A stretch of DNA of 52,338 nucleotides from a virus (taxonomy: Duplodnaviria > Caudoviricetes). This document shows, piece by piece, positions 27,853-38,700 of the stretch (the stretch's first letter is position 1; each line of letters starts with the position of its first letter). Under the pieces are notes generated by a model that saw nothing but the letters and a program-made list of their open reading frames with translations, ran no database searches and was not told the DNA's origin. The translations under genes and the position numbers were made by a program. The stretch spans positions 1 through 52,338 of IMG/VR virus record IMGVR_UViG_3300020034_000022; one strand, 5' to 3'.

Positions 27853-29933
27853 AAAACGCGGCCTACGCTCAACTGCAACAGGCAGTCTCAAGCGTAAATG
27901 TAAAGCCTGACTACATCCGTCTTATCGGTGGGCTGGATGAGGTAACACCTCCGTACGAACGCAAGCCAGGAGTCCTCCGCTTCAGTCTTAATTTCGAGGC
28001 GGATACGCTTGGTGGGTATCGTCGGATGTCAGGCTACGAGCGCTTCAACGGCATGCAGAAGCCGTCTGAAGGTACCTATGTCGTTCTGGCGATGCAGTTC
28101 ACAGGCATTGTTGCTGTGGGTGATGCTATTACCGGGTCTGTATCGGGAGCGACCGCAACCGCGATAGCAGTCACCAGCAGTCAGGTCATCGCTTCCGGTA
28201 TTACGGGAACGTTCCAAAGTGGCGACATTCTGTTTGTGTTGGGCGATCCACGAGGACTTGTCGTTTCCTCTCCGGTAATCGGTGGTGGCTCCAGCACCGC
28301 TTTGAAGGCGGAATATAAAGGTCTTACTGCGGATTACTACCGCCAGTTTATTACCGTCGTTCCAGGCTCAGACAGAATCTTGGGCGTATTTGAATACAAC
28401 GGACTGGTTTACGCATTGCGTAACAGTGTTTCCGGTTCGACAGCGGCTTTGTGGGTGGCAACCTCGTTAGGCTGGATACAAAAGAGTCTCGGCAGAGAGA
28501 TAGCTTTTACCTCCGGCTCCATAGAGATATTCGAGGGCGATACCATCATAGGGGCGACTTCTGCTGCTGAAGCGGTCGTTACCCGCGTGTATGTTCAATC
28601 GGGGACATGGGATGCCGGAACTGCTGCCGGACGAATCCTATTCGCATCCCAGACCGGGACTTTCGTTTCCGAGAATTTAGATACTGATGACGATACGAAC
28701 CTGGCAACGATAGCCGGAAACAGCGCAGCAATTTCCTTGCTGCCGAACGGTCGCTATAAATTTATCATTGAAAACTTCGGCGGCGCAAGTGGTACTCGTC
28801 GTGTCTATGGAGTAGACGGGGTTAATCCCGGATTTGAATTCGACGGCTCGGTATGGGTGCAGATTCATACTGGAATGGTAGTTGATGCGCCTACCCAGAT
28901 TTCCGAACACAAGAAGCAATTGTTTTTCGCCTTCGGCTCGTCGGCTCAACATTCCGCCCCCGGACAGCCTTACATCTTCAACGCGATTTTAGGCGCTGCG
29001 GAAATAGCGGTAGGCGATGACATTACCGGATTTTCTTCGCAGCCGGGTTCAGAAGGCGGCGGTGCTTTAGCGATATTCAGCCGCAATTCATTAAACGTTT
29101 TGTATGGCTCTGGTGTCTCGGACTGGAGCCTAACCCCGTATCGCAAAGAAGTCGGCGCGTACGCCAACACCATTCAGGACGTAGGTTTCACGATCTTCCT
29201 GGATGACCGTGGGATAACCGATTTACAGACCAGCCAGAACTACGGCAACTTTGCTCATACAGCTATATCCGACAGAGTAAGGCCGAGCATTACCCTGTTG
29301 CAACAGTCTTCGTGCGCGTCCTGTGTTTCAAGGGACCGCAATCAGTATCGGCTGTTCTTTTCAACTGGTAATGCTTTGTACGTGACGATAGCCGGCGGGA
29401 AAGTGGTGGGGATTACGCCTCACTTATTTCCTATACCCGTGCTCTGTGTTTGGCATGGCGAGACTTCAGACGGTGGGGAACGAATTTATTTCGGCTCTCA
29501 GGACGGTCATGTATTCCAGATGGACAAGGGAACGTCTTTTGATGGAACTGCGATAGATGCTCACCTTGATCTGGCTTACAACTTCCAGAAGTCTCCGCGA
29601 ATAGAAAAACACTATTGGGACTGCACCACGGAGATTTCAGGTGGTGGATATGCGGCCTTCAACCTCGGCTACAGCTTGGGTTATGGCAACACAGACATTC
29701 CGCAACCCGTAGACCAGAACGTAATAGCTAACTTCAGGCCTGCGATCTGGGATGAATTCGTGTGGGATGAATTCGTGTGGGATGGGGTAACCCTCATGCC
29801 AAGTACTTTAGAAATCGGTGGCGATGCGGAAAATATCTCTCTAGCTATTAAATCGAATTCAGCCATCTACGAGCCGTTCGTTATTACCGCCGCGCTTATT
29901 TATTACACCATGAGACGACGCACCAGACCGTAA
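27849..29933 (+). CDS. tail nozzle/stabilisation protein (tubular protein B-like)
   Basis: NFE....GGYRR..GYERF; 694 aa, follows the adaptor. Confidence 0.75.
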   Translation: MKNAAYAQLQQAVSSVNVKPDYIRLIGGLDEVTPPYERKPGVLRFSLNFEADTLGGYRRMSGYERFNGMQKPSEGTYVVLAMQFTGIVAVGDAITGSVSGATATAIAVTSSQVIASGITGTFQSGDILFVLGDPRGLVVSSPVIGGGSSTALKAEYKGLTADYYRQFITVVPGSDRILGVFEYNGLVYALRNSVSGSTAALWVATSLGWIQKSLGREIAFTSGSIEIFEGDTIIGATSAAEAVVTRVYVQSGTWDAGTAAGRILFASQTGTFVSENLDTDDDTNLATIAGNSAAISLLPNGRYKFIIENFGGASGTRRVYGVDGVNPGFEFDGSVWVQIHTGMVVDAPTQISEHKKQLFFAFGSSAQHSAPGQPYIFNAILGAAEIAVGDDITGFSSQPGSEGGGALAIFSRNSLNVLYGSGVSDWSLTPYRKEVGAYANTIQDVGFTIFLDDRGITDLQTSQNYGNFAHTAISDRVRPSITLLQQSSCASCVSRDRNQYRLFFSTGNALYVTIAGGKVVGITPHLFPIPVLCVWHGETSDGGERIYFGSQDGHVFQMDKGTSFDGTAIDAHLDLAYNFQKSPRIEKHYWDCTTEISGGGYAAFNLGYSLGYGNTDIPQPVDQNVIANFRPAIWDEFVWDEFVWDGVTLMPSTLEIGGDAENISLAIKSNSAIYEPFVITAALIYYTMRRRTRP
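29748..29784 (+). repeat. 15-bp tandem repeat, about 2.5 copies (WDEFV)
   Basis: TGGGATGAATTCGTG twice, then TGGGATG. Confidence 0.9.
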
Positions 29934-29951
29934 TGAACCAACACATCACAC

Positions 29952-29973
29952 AACCCGCTTCGGCGGGTTTTTT
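29952..29973 (+). terminator. intrinsic terminator
   Basis: AACCCGC-TTCG-GCGGGTT followed by a T run. Confidence 0.9.
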
Positions 29974-29991
29974 CATTTCTGGAGGCAGTTC

Positions 29992-32010
29992 TTGAGCAAC
30001 GAATATTACAACAAGACCGGAAGCCCAGGATTCCATTCAGACGGCAGTTCCATTGTTATCGCCAATGAATACGCTGCGATTGAGACGGGCTTTAACAAAC
30101 TCCCGGTAATGGCTGGGTCTGGCGGGCAGTCAGTATGGATCAATGCCGGTGGAACGCGGATGGAGACGAAGACAGCTTCCTCAACCCGCATCGCATTGGA
30201 CGTGCCGAATACGGCCGGTTTGGGTGCTGCTGGGATTTGGGGAATAGGCATTAGCGGGAATGCAGCCACGGCAACCCTCGCGTCTACGGCGGCTTTAGCG
30301 ACAGTCGCAACCACGGCTTTGAATGGCGGTGTGACCAGCGTAAACGGTCAGACCGGTGCTGTAACGGTAAGCGGTGTCGGCGCTGGCGTCACATCTATAA
30401 ACGTGGACGGTGGCGCCACAGGTCTTATTGCTACTGGTGGCCCGGTAACTTCAGTCGGAACCATAACGCTATCTGGTGTTTTAGAAGTCGCTAGCGGCGG
30501 TACCGGAGCGACAGACGCGCCCGGTGCGCGGGCTGTTCTGGGTGTCCCTTCCGTCATAGGAACAGACGCCAGCGGTGAATGGGCGATAGATATTACCGGG
30601 AATGCTGCCACCGCTTCAAACGGCGGGGTTACATCTGTCTCGGTAGACGGCGGCGCCCCGATGACTGGAGACGTTGCCTTTTCTACGGGTGGCGGCGGTG
30701 GTGGCGGTGGCGGGTCTGTTACGTCGGTAAACGTGTCCGGTGGGTCAACGGGTCTTGTATTTACTGGCGGCGCGATTACCACGTCAGGAACAATTGTAGC
30801 TGGTGGCACGCTGGCAATTACGGCAGGTGGCACGGGCGCGACTTCTGCTGCTGCTGCACGCACAGCCTTAAATGTTCCGGCTCGTGATGGATCTGGCGCT
30901 ACTGGAACCGCATGGCCGATAGGCATTACAGGTAATGCGGCAACAGCTACAAGCGCTACCACGGCCGGCAGTGCATCCACAGCGACCTTTGCTACCACGG
31001 CGGGCAATGGTGGTGTTACTTCCGTCAACGGCCTGTCCGGTTCGGTAACGATAACCAATATCGTCGGCAACGCCGCTACCGCAACGACTGCGGCGAACGG
31101 TGGCGTGACTTCGGTGAATGGCAGTACCGGCGCTGTAACAGTGACGAACATTTCTGGTAACGCTGCGACAGCAACGACTATTTCTGGCGTTGTCGCAATT
31201 GCGAACGGCGGCACTGCGGCGAGTTCTGCCGCTGCTGCGCGTACCAACCTTGCCGTTCCGTCACTGACGGGTACCGGTGCTTCTGGAACTTGGGGTATTA
31301 ATGTTTCTGGCAATGCTGCAACTGCTTCAAATGGTGGTGTGACCAGTGTTAATACTGGCACTGGCGCAATAAATTTTGTGGGCGCCATAGATGTGGTTGG
31401 CGGCACTAAGGCAATTTTAGTCAGTCAGGTGGGATCAACGATCACGCTTACCCGACAAATAACAGCCTCAGACAATAGCTCAATCCATCCGCACAGCCGT
31501 ATCGAAATGGCAAGACGCTGGTACGAATTCTGGAAGCCTAAATTTAAATGGCTGTGTGATATTCGTTTGGGTGACAAGGTTCGCGGTCAGAACGGTGCTG
31601 CCGAAGTCTTGGGTATCTGGCGCAACACCCTCATGGAAAGAGCGCTGTGGGCGGTGAACGGGGTTGCTTGCACGCCGGGACACATATTCCCTACGCCTAA
31701 CGGCTGGGGTGCCCCAAGTCCTAAACACTATATCGAAAACTCCCATGGCAAGAAACGTGCCGTTAAAGGCATGAACGGGGTCTTCATGACGGAATGTTTG
31801 ATAGGCGATCCGGACAATATCGAAAAGCTGGAGGTCGGTTCCAAAGTGTTAAGTGCTGATGGTTCATGGATAGAGATTGAGCGGCTCGAAGCCTTCAATG
31901 TTTCAGGCAAAAACAAACGCATCACCATGAATCAGGAAGTCTTAGCGCTCTATCTCGATAACAGTGATTTTTTCTATTCAGACGGAATCGCCGTCGCTAC
32001 GTTGGCATAG
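29992..32010 (+). CDS. tail fibre with C-terminal Hint domain
   Basis: GNAATA, GGVTSVNG and GGTGA..A..AR..L repeats; SIHPHSRIEMA...DIRLGDKV...TPGH. Confidence 0.75.
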   Translation: MSNEYYNKTGSPGFHSDGSSIVIANEYAAIETGFNKLPVMAGSGGQSVWINAGGTRMETKTASSTRIALDVPNTAGLGAAGIWGIGISGNAATATLASTAALATVATTALNGGVTSVNGQTGAVTVSGVGAGVTSINVDGGATGLIATGGPVTSVGTITLSGVLEVASGGTGATDAPGARAVLGVPSVIGTDASGEWAIDITGNAATASNGGVTSVSVDGGAPMTGDVAFSTGGGGGGGGGSVTSVNVSGGSTGLVFTGGAITTSGTIVAGGTLAITAGGTGATSAAAARTALNVPARDGSGATGTAWPIGITGNAATATSATTAGSASTATFATTAGNGGVTSVNGLSGSVTITNIVGNAATATTAANGGVTSVNGSTGAVTVTNISGNAATATTISGVVAIANGGTAASSAAAARTNLAVPSLTGTGASGTWGINVSGNAATASNGGVTSVNTGTGAINFVGAIDVVGGTKAILVSQVGSTITLTRQITASDNSSIHPHSRIEMARRWYEFWKPKFKWLCDIRLGDKVRGQNGAAEVLGIWRNTLMERALWAVNGVACTPGHIFPTPNGWGAPSPKHYIENSHGKKRAVKGMNGVFMTECLIGDPDNIEKLEVGSKVLSADGSWIEIERLEAFNVSGKNKRITMNQEVLALYLDNSDFFYSDGIAVATLA

Positions 32011-32018
32011 GGGTAAAC

Positions 32019-32873
32019 ATGGCCGGACTAATCTCAACCGCGATGGGTGGAACGACTGCTACCCCGATGCTAGGCGATAACCAGTTAGCCACGGCTAACG
32101 CTGTCGGTTACGACCCAGAAAAAAGAACGGTAGACGCAGCCAAAGAAACCGTCTCCGGTCAACTGGATACCCTGCTTAAGTCAGGTTCGCCTTATCTGGA
32201 GCGTGCCAAAGCAGGGGCTATGGGCACGGCGAACAAACGAGGATTGCTCAATAGTTCAATCGCAGCAGGCGCGGGTGAGGCGGCGGCGATAGATGCGTCC
32301 CTGCCTATAGCGAACGCTGATGCTAATGTTTACGGAACGGCTTCGAGAGACAACCAGCAAGCCGGTAATACCGCGTTGCAATTCGGTGCAGGCGCTACCA
32401 ATACCTCAAATCTCGCCAGTGCTGACGCGCAAAACAAGTCTGCATTGACCAATCAGATAGCGGGTAACGAGCGCACCTTGCAGGAACTACGTGGCACGCA
32501 GGCGAAAGAACTGGCCGGCATGGATGCGGCCTCGCAGAAAGAATTGCAAGGGATGCGGGGTACGCAGGCGGTTGATATTGAAAACATCAAAGCTGAAAAC
32601 CAGCTTGCCTTACAGGAACTGAAAGGCGGGCAGGCTGAAAGCATTGTTGGTATTGAAAACGAATACAAGAATTTGCTGCAAACGAATACTTTGGCGTCCG
32701 GTATTTATTCAAACCTGTTAGCAGCCATGACTACTGTTGCTAACAGTTCAACCATGGATACCGCGGCCAAACAACAGGCGGTGACGAATATGCAGGCTTG
32801 GTTGCAAGGCGGGCTTGGACTAATCGGCGGTATCTCAGGTCTTGACCTGCAATCACTCTTGGACTTCGGATAA
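32019..32873 (+). CDS. internal virion/ejection protein
   Basis: RGLLNSSIA.GA motif; Ala/Gln-rich; position. Confidence 0.65.
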   Translation: MAGLISTAMGGTTATPMLGDNQLATANAVGYDPEKRTVDAAKETVSGQLDTLLKSGSPYLERAKAGAMGTANKRGLLNSSIAAGAGEAAAIDASLPIANADANVYGTASRDNQQAGNTALQFGAGATNTSNLASADAQNKSALTNQIAGNERTLQELRGTQAKELAGMDAASQKELQGMRGTQAVDIENIKAENQLALQELKGGQAESIVGIENEYKNLLQTNTLASGIYSNLLAAMTTVANSSTMDTAAKQQAVTNMQAWLQGGLGLIGGISGLDLQSLLDFG

Positions 32874-34147
32874 TGACACTTCAAGACTTCGCACGGCAGT
32901 TAGGCTACACCACGACAGAGGATGAAGGCGGGCGTAATACCTGGTTCAACGGCGAGCAACGGCTTGGCGTAGAAGGCGCTTCAGACGATCCGCTGGCTAA
33001 CCTTGGCGAGTGGTATCAGCGGTTCTCCGGCGACAAGGATGCGCAAGGCCGTCAAATATGGGGCACAGAAGCATTTGAAAAACCCGGTGGCCCAGGCTCT
33101 ACATTTCAAGGACCGAACGGTGAATCTCGCTATCGTTTAGGCGCTGACAATTTGGATGCCAAATACCGTGCTGTCGGTGGGACTGACGCTGATTTAACCT
33201 ACGATGAAAAGACTGGTTACAGCATACCCATGGCGTTGCAGGACGAGTGGGCGAAGAAGTGGCAGAAAGACAGCATGTTGGAAAAAGTCGCCAACAATAT
33301 GCCGGTTATTCTGGGAAGCATATTGACTGGTGGTGCGGCAACTGCCGCCGCTGGTGGTGCGGCTGGCGGGCTTACTGCCAGTACGATAGGTGGTGCTGTC
33401 GGCGGCGCTACTTACGGCGGTTTCAATACCGGAAGTTTTGATGCGAAAGGTGCCGCGATTGGTGCTGCTACGGGTGCCGCAGGCGGGGCCGCGAAAAACC
33501 TTATCGGCGGTTTCCTGACGGAGTCAGGACTGTCGCTAAAAGACATGGGGATAGATACCGCATCATTTTTCGATAACCCGTCTTTCCAGAATGTTTCGAT
33601 GGATGCGAGTGATTTAGGAAGTTCTATTTCTCCAGAAGACATAGCCTCATTAAATGAAATGGCAGATACATTCGGTGCTGGCGCAACAACGACCAGCGGT
33701 ATCAGTCCGTCAGACATCGCCGGTTTGGATTCTGCCGTAAATGAATACAACGGGTATGGAACGCCAAGCACAACGAATGACTATGGCGTAAATTCTGGCG
33801 GCAATAGTTTGGGCGGTAATTATTCTTATGGCGTTGAGCCTACTGGTAGTGGTGTATTCAATGCCGCTGGCGCGGCCGCTGGTGGCGGAATAATCTCAGA
33901 AGCACTTAAATTTGTAAAAGAAAACCCGATGGCAAGTTCCATTGGAGCGAGTCTTGTCGGAGGACTTATTCAAGGCGCGATGGCTCCCGGTGCCGCGAAA
34001 GCCAAAGCCGAGGCTGAAGCGGAAGCATTACAACAACTGGAAGACCATCGTCGCACAGCAACCAGTCTTAACGGTGTGAACTTTAATGTGACACCAACAG
34101 GAAAAATGCTAAGAACACCCATGCAGCTAGACCGGAGACTACGATGA
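32873..34147 (+). CDS. internal virion/ejection protein with glycine-zipper helices
   Basis: GAAIGAATGAAGG-type segments; coupled. Confidence 0.6.
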   Translation: MTLQDFARQLGYTTTEDEGGRNTWFNGEQRLGVEGASDDPLANLGEWYQRFSGDKDAQGRQIWGTEAFEKPGGPGSTFQGPNGESRYRLGADNLDAKYRAVGGTDADLTYDEKTGYSIPMALQDEWAKKWQKDSMLEKVANNMPVILGSILTGGAATAAAGGAAGGLTASTIGGAVGGATYGGFNTGSFDAKGAAIGAATGAAGGAAKNLIGGFLTESGLSLKDMGIDTASFFDNPSFQNVSMDASDLGSSISPEDIASLNEMADTFGAGATTTSGISPSDIAGLDSAVNEYNGYGTPSTTNDYGVNSGGNSLGGNYSYGVEPTGSGVFNAAGAAAGGGIISEALKFVKENPMASSIGASLVGGLIQGAMAPGAAKAKAEAEAEALQQLEDHRRTATSLNGVNFNVTPTGKMLRTPMQLDRRLR

Positions 34148-34629
34148 TCGAGCAAGCCATGGCTGAAGGTATGCCGCAAGGTGCGCCACAAGAATCCCCC
34201 CAAGGTGCGCCGCAGGAGGCACAAGGCGAGAACGATCCCATGTTGAGGGCGACGCTGGCCGAGCGCAAGATTCTCTACACACAACCTACTTCGGACAAAG
34301 TTTTACAAATCTTACAGGGTTCACAAAATGCAGGAGAGTCATTGGCGGTTGCTGCGGGCATGGTACTTAAGGCTATGTCGCAGGCGACGAAGGGCGGTAA
34401 GTTGCCAGGGCAAATAGCCGAACCATTGATTGACGTGCTGCTGAAAGACCTCGCCGAGTTAGGAACTGCGGCTGGCATGACAGTCGCTCCTGAAGACGTG
34501 GAGATGGCGAAACAGGCGCTTACGGGTGGCGGACAACCTCAACAACCACAGCAGCCACAGGAAGCACAGCAACCACAAGCACAACCCGCACAGCCGCAAG
34601 GCTTAATCTCAGGCGCAATGGGAGCATAA
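34144..34629 (+). CDS. hypothetical internal virion protein
   Basis: Q/P-rich termini; coupled. Confidence 0.55.
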   Translation: MIEQAMAEGMPQGAPQESPQGAPQEAQGENDPMLRATLAERKILYTQPTSDKVLQILQGSQNAGESLAVAAGMVLKAMSQATKGGKLPGQIAEPLIDVLLKDLAELGTAAGMTVAPEDVEMAKQALTGGGQPQQPQQPQEAQQPQAQPAQPQGLISGAMGA

Positions 34630-34633
34630 GAAC

Positions 34634-35701
34634 ATGGGCGGAATTATTGCGAGCGGCCTTGCTGGTTTCGGTGGAGCCTTACAAAACGTAGGGATTCTGG
34701 CGCTTAAAGAACAGTTGGACGAACAACGCCAGACTAGACTTGCCGAGTTACAGGCTAAAAGCCGTGGTGAGGAACAGACTCGCGCTGGCGAGATTCATCG
34801 TGAGAACGCTACGCATGCGGATAATCTGCAAAACGCAGATCGTCGGGCTATCGGTGCCGAGGTTTCTAAATACGCTCAACCGCGTGAAGAAACGCTACCT
34901 CCAGATCAAGCCGGCCCGGTCGGTACTGTTACACCAACCCCACAGCATATCAATGAACGTGGCGGACTGATCGCCTCGCGTATGGGTAGGCCGGACATTG
35001 CGGCTCAATACCGCGCTGCCGGAGAACCGGGATTCCGTGAGCAACATCAGATCACGGGCGACGCACAAGCGGATCGTGACGCACGCCAAGCCGCTGCTGC
35101 CAAGGAACTGAAGCAAACACCTCCAGCAGAAGGCGCGTCCGTTGAACGTCTGCGTGAAGCGCAAGCCAATTACTACGATGGCGCTAAAACGGAGCGTGAC
35201 CTTGCCGCAGCCGCTAAATCCGGAGAAGGCAAACGAGACAAACCGAAAATCATCAAACTGGAAGACGGTAAGTTGGTCGATGAAAAGACCGGCGCTCTTG
35301 GTGAGATTAAACCTGGAGAGCCGGCCAAAAAAGGCGAGACTCGCTGGCTTGGTCCTAACGATTCTGACAAGCCCGAAACCAACTCACGTATTGTTTGGAC
35401 TCTGGACGGCAAGGTTCTTCCCGGTGGATTGGATGACCTGTATGGCGGTGGCCGTGCGCCGGCTGGCCCTGCCGCACAATCGGGAGCGCGTCCTCCTTCC
35501 CCCGCATCCATCCAAGCGGCGCAAGACGATCCAAGTCTTCACGCAGAATTTAGGAAAAGGTACGGCAAAGAGTTGGCGGATCGTTACCTGAAAGCGGCTC
35601 CCGCTAAAAACGATGCCGTTCCAGGTGCGAGACGCAGGCCAGATGGAACACTGCAATTTGACGACAAGGCTCCCCCTCGCGTTCCGTTCATAGGCGGTTA
35701 A
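34634..35701 (+). CDS. internal virion/ejection protein
   Basis: MGGIIASGLAGFGG N-terminus; position. Confidence 0.55.
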   Translation: MGGIIASGLAGFGGALQNVGILALKEQLDEQRQTRLAELQAKSRGEEQTRAGEIHRENATHADNLQNADRRAIGAEVSKYAQPREETLPPDQAGPVGTVTPTPQHINERGGLIASRMGRPDIAAQYRAAGEPGFREQHQITGDAQADRDARQAAAAKELKQTPPAEGASVERLREAQANYYDGAKTERDLAAAAKSGEGKRDKPKIIKLEDGKLVDEKTGALGEIKPGEPAKKGETRWLGPNDSDKPETNSRIVWTLDGKVLPGGLDDLYGGGRAPAGPAAQSGARPPSPASIQAAQDDPSLHAEFRKRYGKELADRYLKAAPAKNDAVPGARRRPDGTLQFDDKAPPRVPFIGG

Positions 35702-38700
35702 ATGGCAAGCATCTTTGACGAACTGGACAACCAGTTCTACAGCGCTAAAGACCGCATTCCTTCTGGCAGTCCGCGTGAGTTCGCTGATAGCGTCGCGCCG
35801 ATGTTGCAGCCGGTTGCCGACCGGCTTGGCGTTGACCCTTATTTACTCGCGGCGCAATTCGGCCTTGAAACAGGCTGGGGCAAAAGCGTAATCAGGGGAA
35901 CTAACAATCTAGGCAATATCAAGGATTTCTCTGGCTCTGGTGTTGCTGCAACGGACAACATGACGGGAAGCCGTGACAAGTATCGCGCCTACGATTCTCC
36001 CCAAGCATTTGCGGATGACTACGCGACACTCATTGAAAAACGCTATCCGAATGCTGTAGGCGCGGGAGATGACCCGGTAAAGTTTGCTAGTGCGTTAAAA
36101 GCCGGTGGATATGCGGAAGACCCGGCATACGTGTCTAAGATCGAAGCGGCGTACAAGGCTGTGAGAAACGGCGAAGCCAAGCCATCTAAAAGCGTCTTCG
36201 ATGATCTGGACGACCAATACTACAAACAACAAACGCCCAAGGCTCCGGTATCTATCAAGCGCTCTGCTGGCGAAGCCATATCTGACGTAACCAAATCCGT
36301 AGCGCAAGGCGTAGGTCAGACGATTGAGGGAATAGGTACGCTGTACGGCCTAGCTTCAGGCGATATGAACAATGGTCTTCGAGACCTCGGTAAAACCACT
36401 GGCGACTATTGGGAAAACGCTCGAAGTGAGGGATTGAAGGAACGCGAAGTTCAACGTAAGCAGCGCATAGATTCTGTCGAAACCAATGCCGGCAAGTTTG
36501 GCACAGCGATCTGGGAGACGGTTAAAGACCCTGCATTACTCTCTACGATCATCGGCCAGAATATCCCCATGCTGGTGCCTGGTGCGGTCATAGGCCGTGC
36601 GGGACGCGCTGTGGGGGCTGCTGCCGGCCTCGGAGAAAGAGGCGTCAATCTTGCAACAGTAGGCTCTGCAATAACGGGTAACGCCGTCATGCAAGGCTCC
36701 GACGTAGCAGGAGATGCGTACGACAGCGCCATGGCACTCCCGCAAGAACTGTGGGAAAAGAACAGCGCGTACCTGACGCTCAGCGAACAGGTAGGTCCGG
36801 CCAAAGCCAAAGAGTCGATGGCGCGTGACATGGCCCTGAAAGCGGGTGTCTACGGCGCTCTAATATCTGCCGGTGTAAATTCAATACCCGGTATGCAGTC
36901 TGTTGAAAAGCTGCTTACCGGAACGCTCCGCGCCAGCGGTCAAGGCGCCGTAAAAGGCGCTTTAGGCGGAACCCTGAAGGAAGCCGGAACCGAGGCGATT
37001 GAGGAAGGCGGCGGCAAAGCAGTGGGAAACCTTGCCCTCCAAGCCGTTGATCCTACCCGTCCTCTGGATAAAGACGTGGCGGAAGCGGCTGGATTAGGCG
37101 CTGCTGGCGGTGGCCCGTTCGGTGCTGTAGCCGGAGGGATACAAGGCCGCGTCGCGCCCGCAGCGCTCCAGCGCGAGCCTACCCTAGCGCCCACGGTCCC
37201 GCAGCGCGAGCCTGTCACGACAGCCGAAGGCGTCGCCCGCGTCCAAGCCGCCCCCACAGTAGAAGCCGCGGCAGAAGAAGCCGAACGCGCCATATTTGCC
37301 CCACTGGAAGGCGATGTAGGTAAGACCGTTGCTGAAGGTCTTTCCATTCCCCGTATCGCTGGACTACTTCCCGCTCCCAACGAAGCTCTACCAGTTACAG
37401 CACAAGGTCAGGCCATCACGCCTGAACAGGCGGCAACTGTTCAAAATCAACAACTTACAGAACGCCTTGACATAGACCGCGACGGACTCGGTTTAACGCC
37501 TGACGTACAACGTGCCCAAGTAGCTCGTGCGGAATCTGCACAAGCTGAAACAGCCATTCAAATCGCCTTCCAGCAGGCACAGGAACGCGCCGCAGCACGG
37601 CAGACGGCAGAGACATCCCAACAGGTAGAAGCGCCTGCCCCTGTAGCCGCGCCAGTTAGTGCAGAATCCACACAATCTCCTGTAATTTCACACCCCCCTG
37701 TGAATATTTCACACCCTGTTCAGGAAACGCGAACAGCGGCTAAGAATGAACAGCCAACATCCGATGTTGTTCCACAAAAGGCATCTGGCGGAGTGGGTGA
37801 CTTTGTAGGAACCGGTGCAAAAGCCAATATTCCGGCAGGAAAACAGCTAAAAGCACCGGATATTTCCACGTCCGAGACTATTCCGCAGAAAAGTCCAGAG
37901 GCAGACGGAATCCGCCCGCACCTTGAGACACTCGTCAAACGTCGCGCCGTAGCAAAACAACTCGGCTACGAACGCACATTTAACGCTGCCGTGGAGAAGG
38001 CTAAAGCGGCGATGAAGGGGGAAACGATCAATCCCCGCGTGTTCGAGACTTACGCCAAAGCGTTCGCCAAGGATGAGCAATCGGCTAATGCTATGCGGGG
38101 GATTGCGGCTGGTATAAAAACAAAGGCGTCGTCTGTGGACGCTGCGGCGAATCAGGCCGCAACATCTGCGGAGAATAAGCTGCCGGAGCCTACCGAGGCG
38201 CAGCGTGACGCTGGGAATTTCCCCATGGGTCATACCAATGTCGGTGGCTTGGACATCTCTGTTGAACATCCGGCCGGCACGAAGCGTCGCCCAGAGTGGC
38301 CTACGCTTGATTCACATTACGGTTACGTGAAAGGCGTCGCTGCGCGTGCTCCCGATAAAGAGCATGTAGACGTTTTCGTTAAACCCGGTACGGCTGAAGA
38401 TTATTCCGGTAGCGTGTTTGTGGTTGACCAAAACCACGAGGACGGAACCTACGACGAGCCGAAAATAATGGTAGGCCACGCCACAGAAGCAGAAGCACGC
38501 GAGGCGTATCTAAAGAATTATACGAAAGGCTGGAAGTCTCGTGTACGCGGTATCACTCCGCTTACGATGGACGAGTTCAAGGCCAAGCTGAATGACGCTA
38601 ACGGATTCAGCAAGCCGCAAGTTGCCGAAACCCCAGCGCCAGTCGAAGCCAAACCAGAACCCGCCAAGCTTGACAAACCCGCCACAGAAGTTGACAAAGC

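Noticed and set aside
29992-31400. CRISPR-like or invertible repeats
   Set aside because: Degenerate coding repeats (GNAATA, VTSVNG) with no spacers, inverted sites or invertase
30348-31406. 352-aa antisense ORF
   Set aside because: Shadow of the Gly/Ala/Thr-rich tail fibre codons
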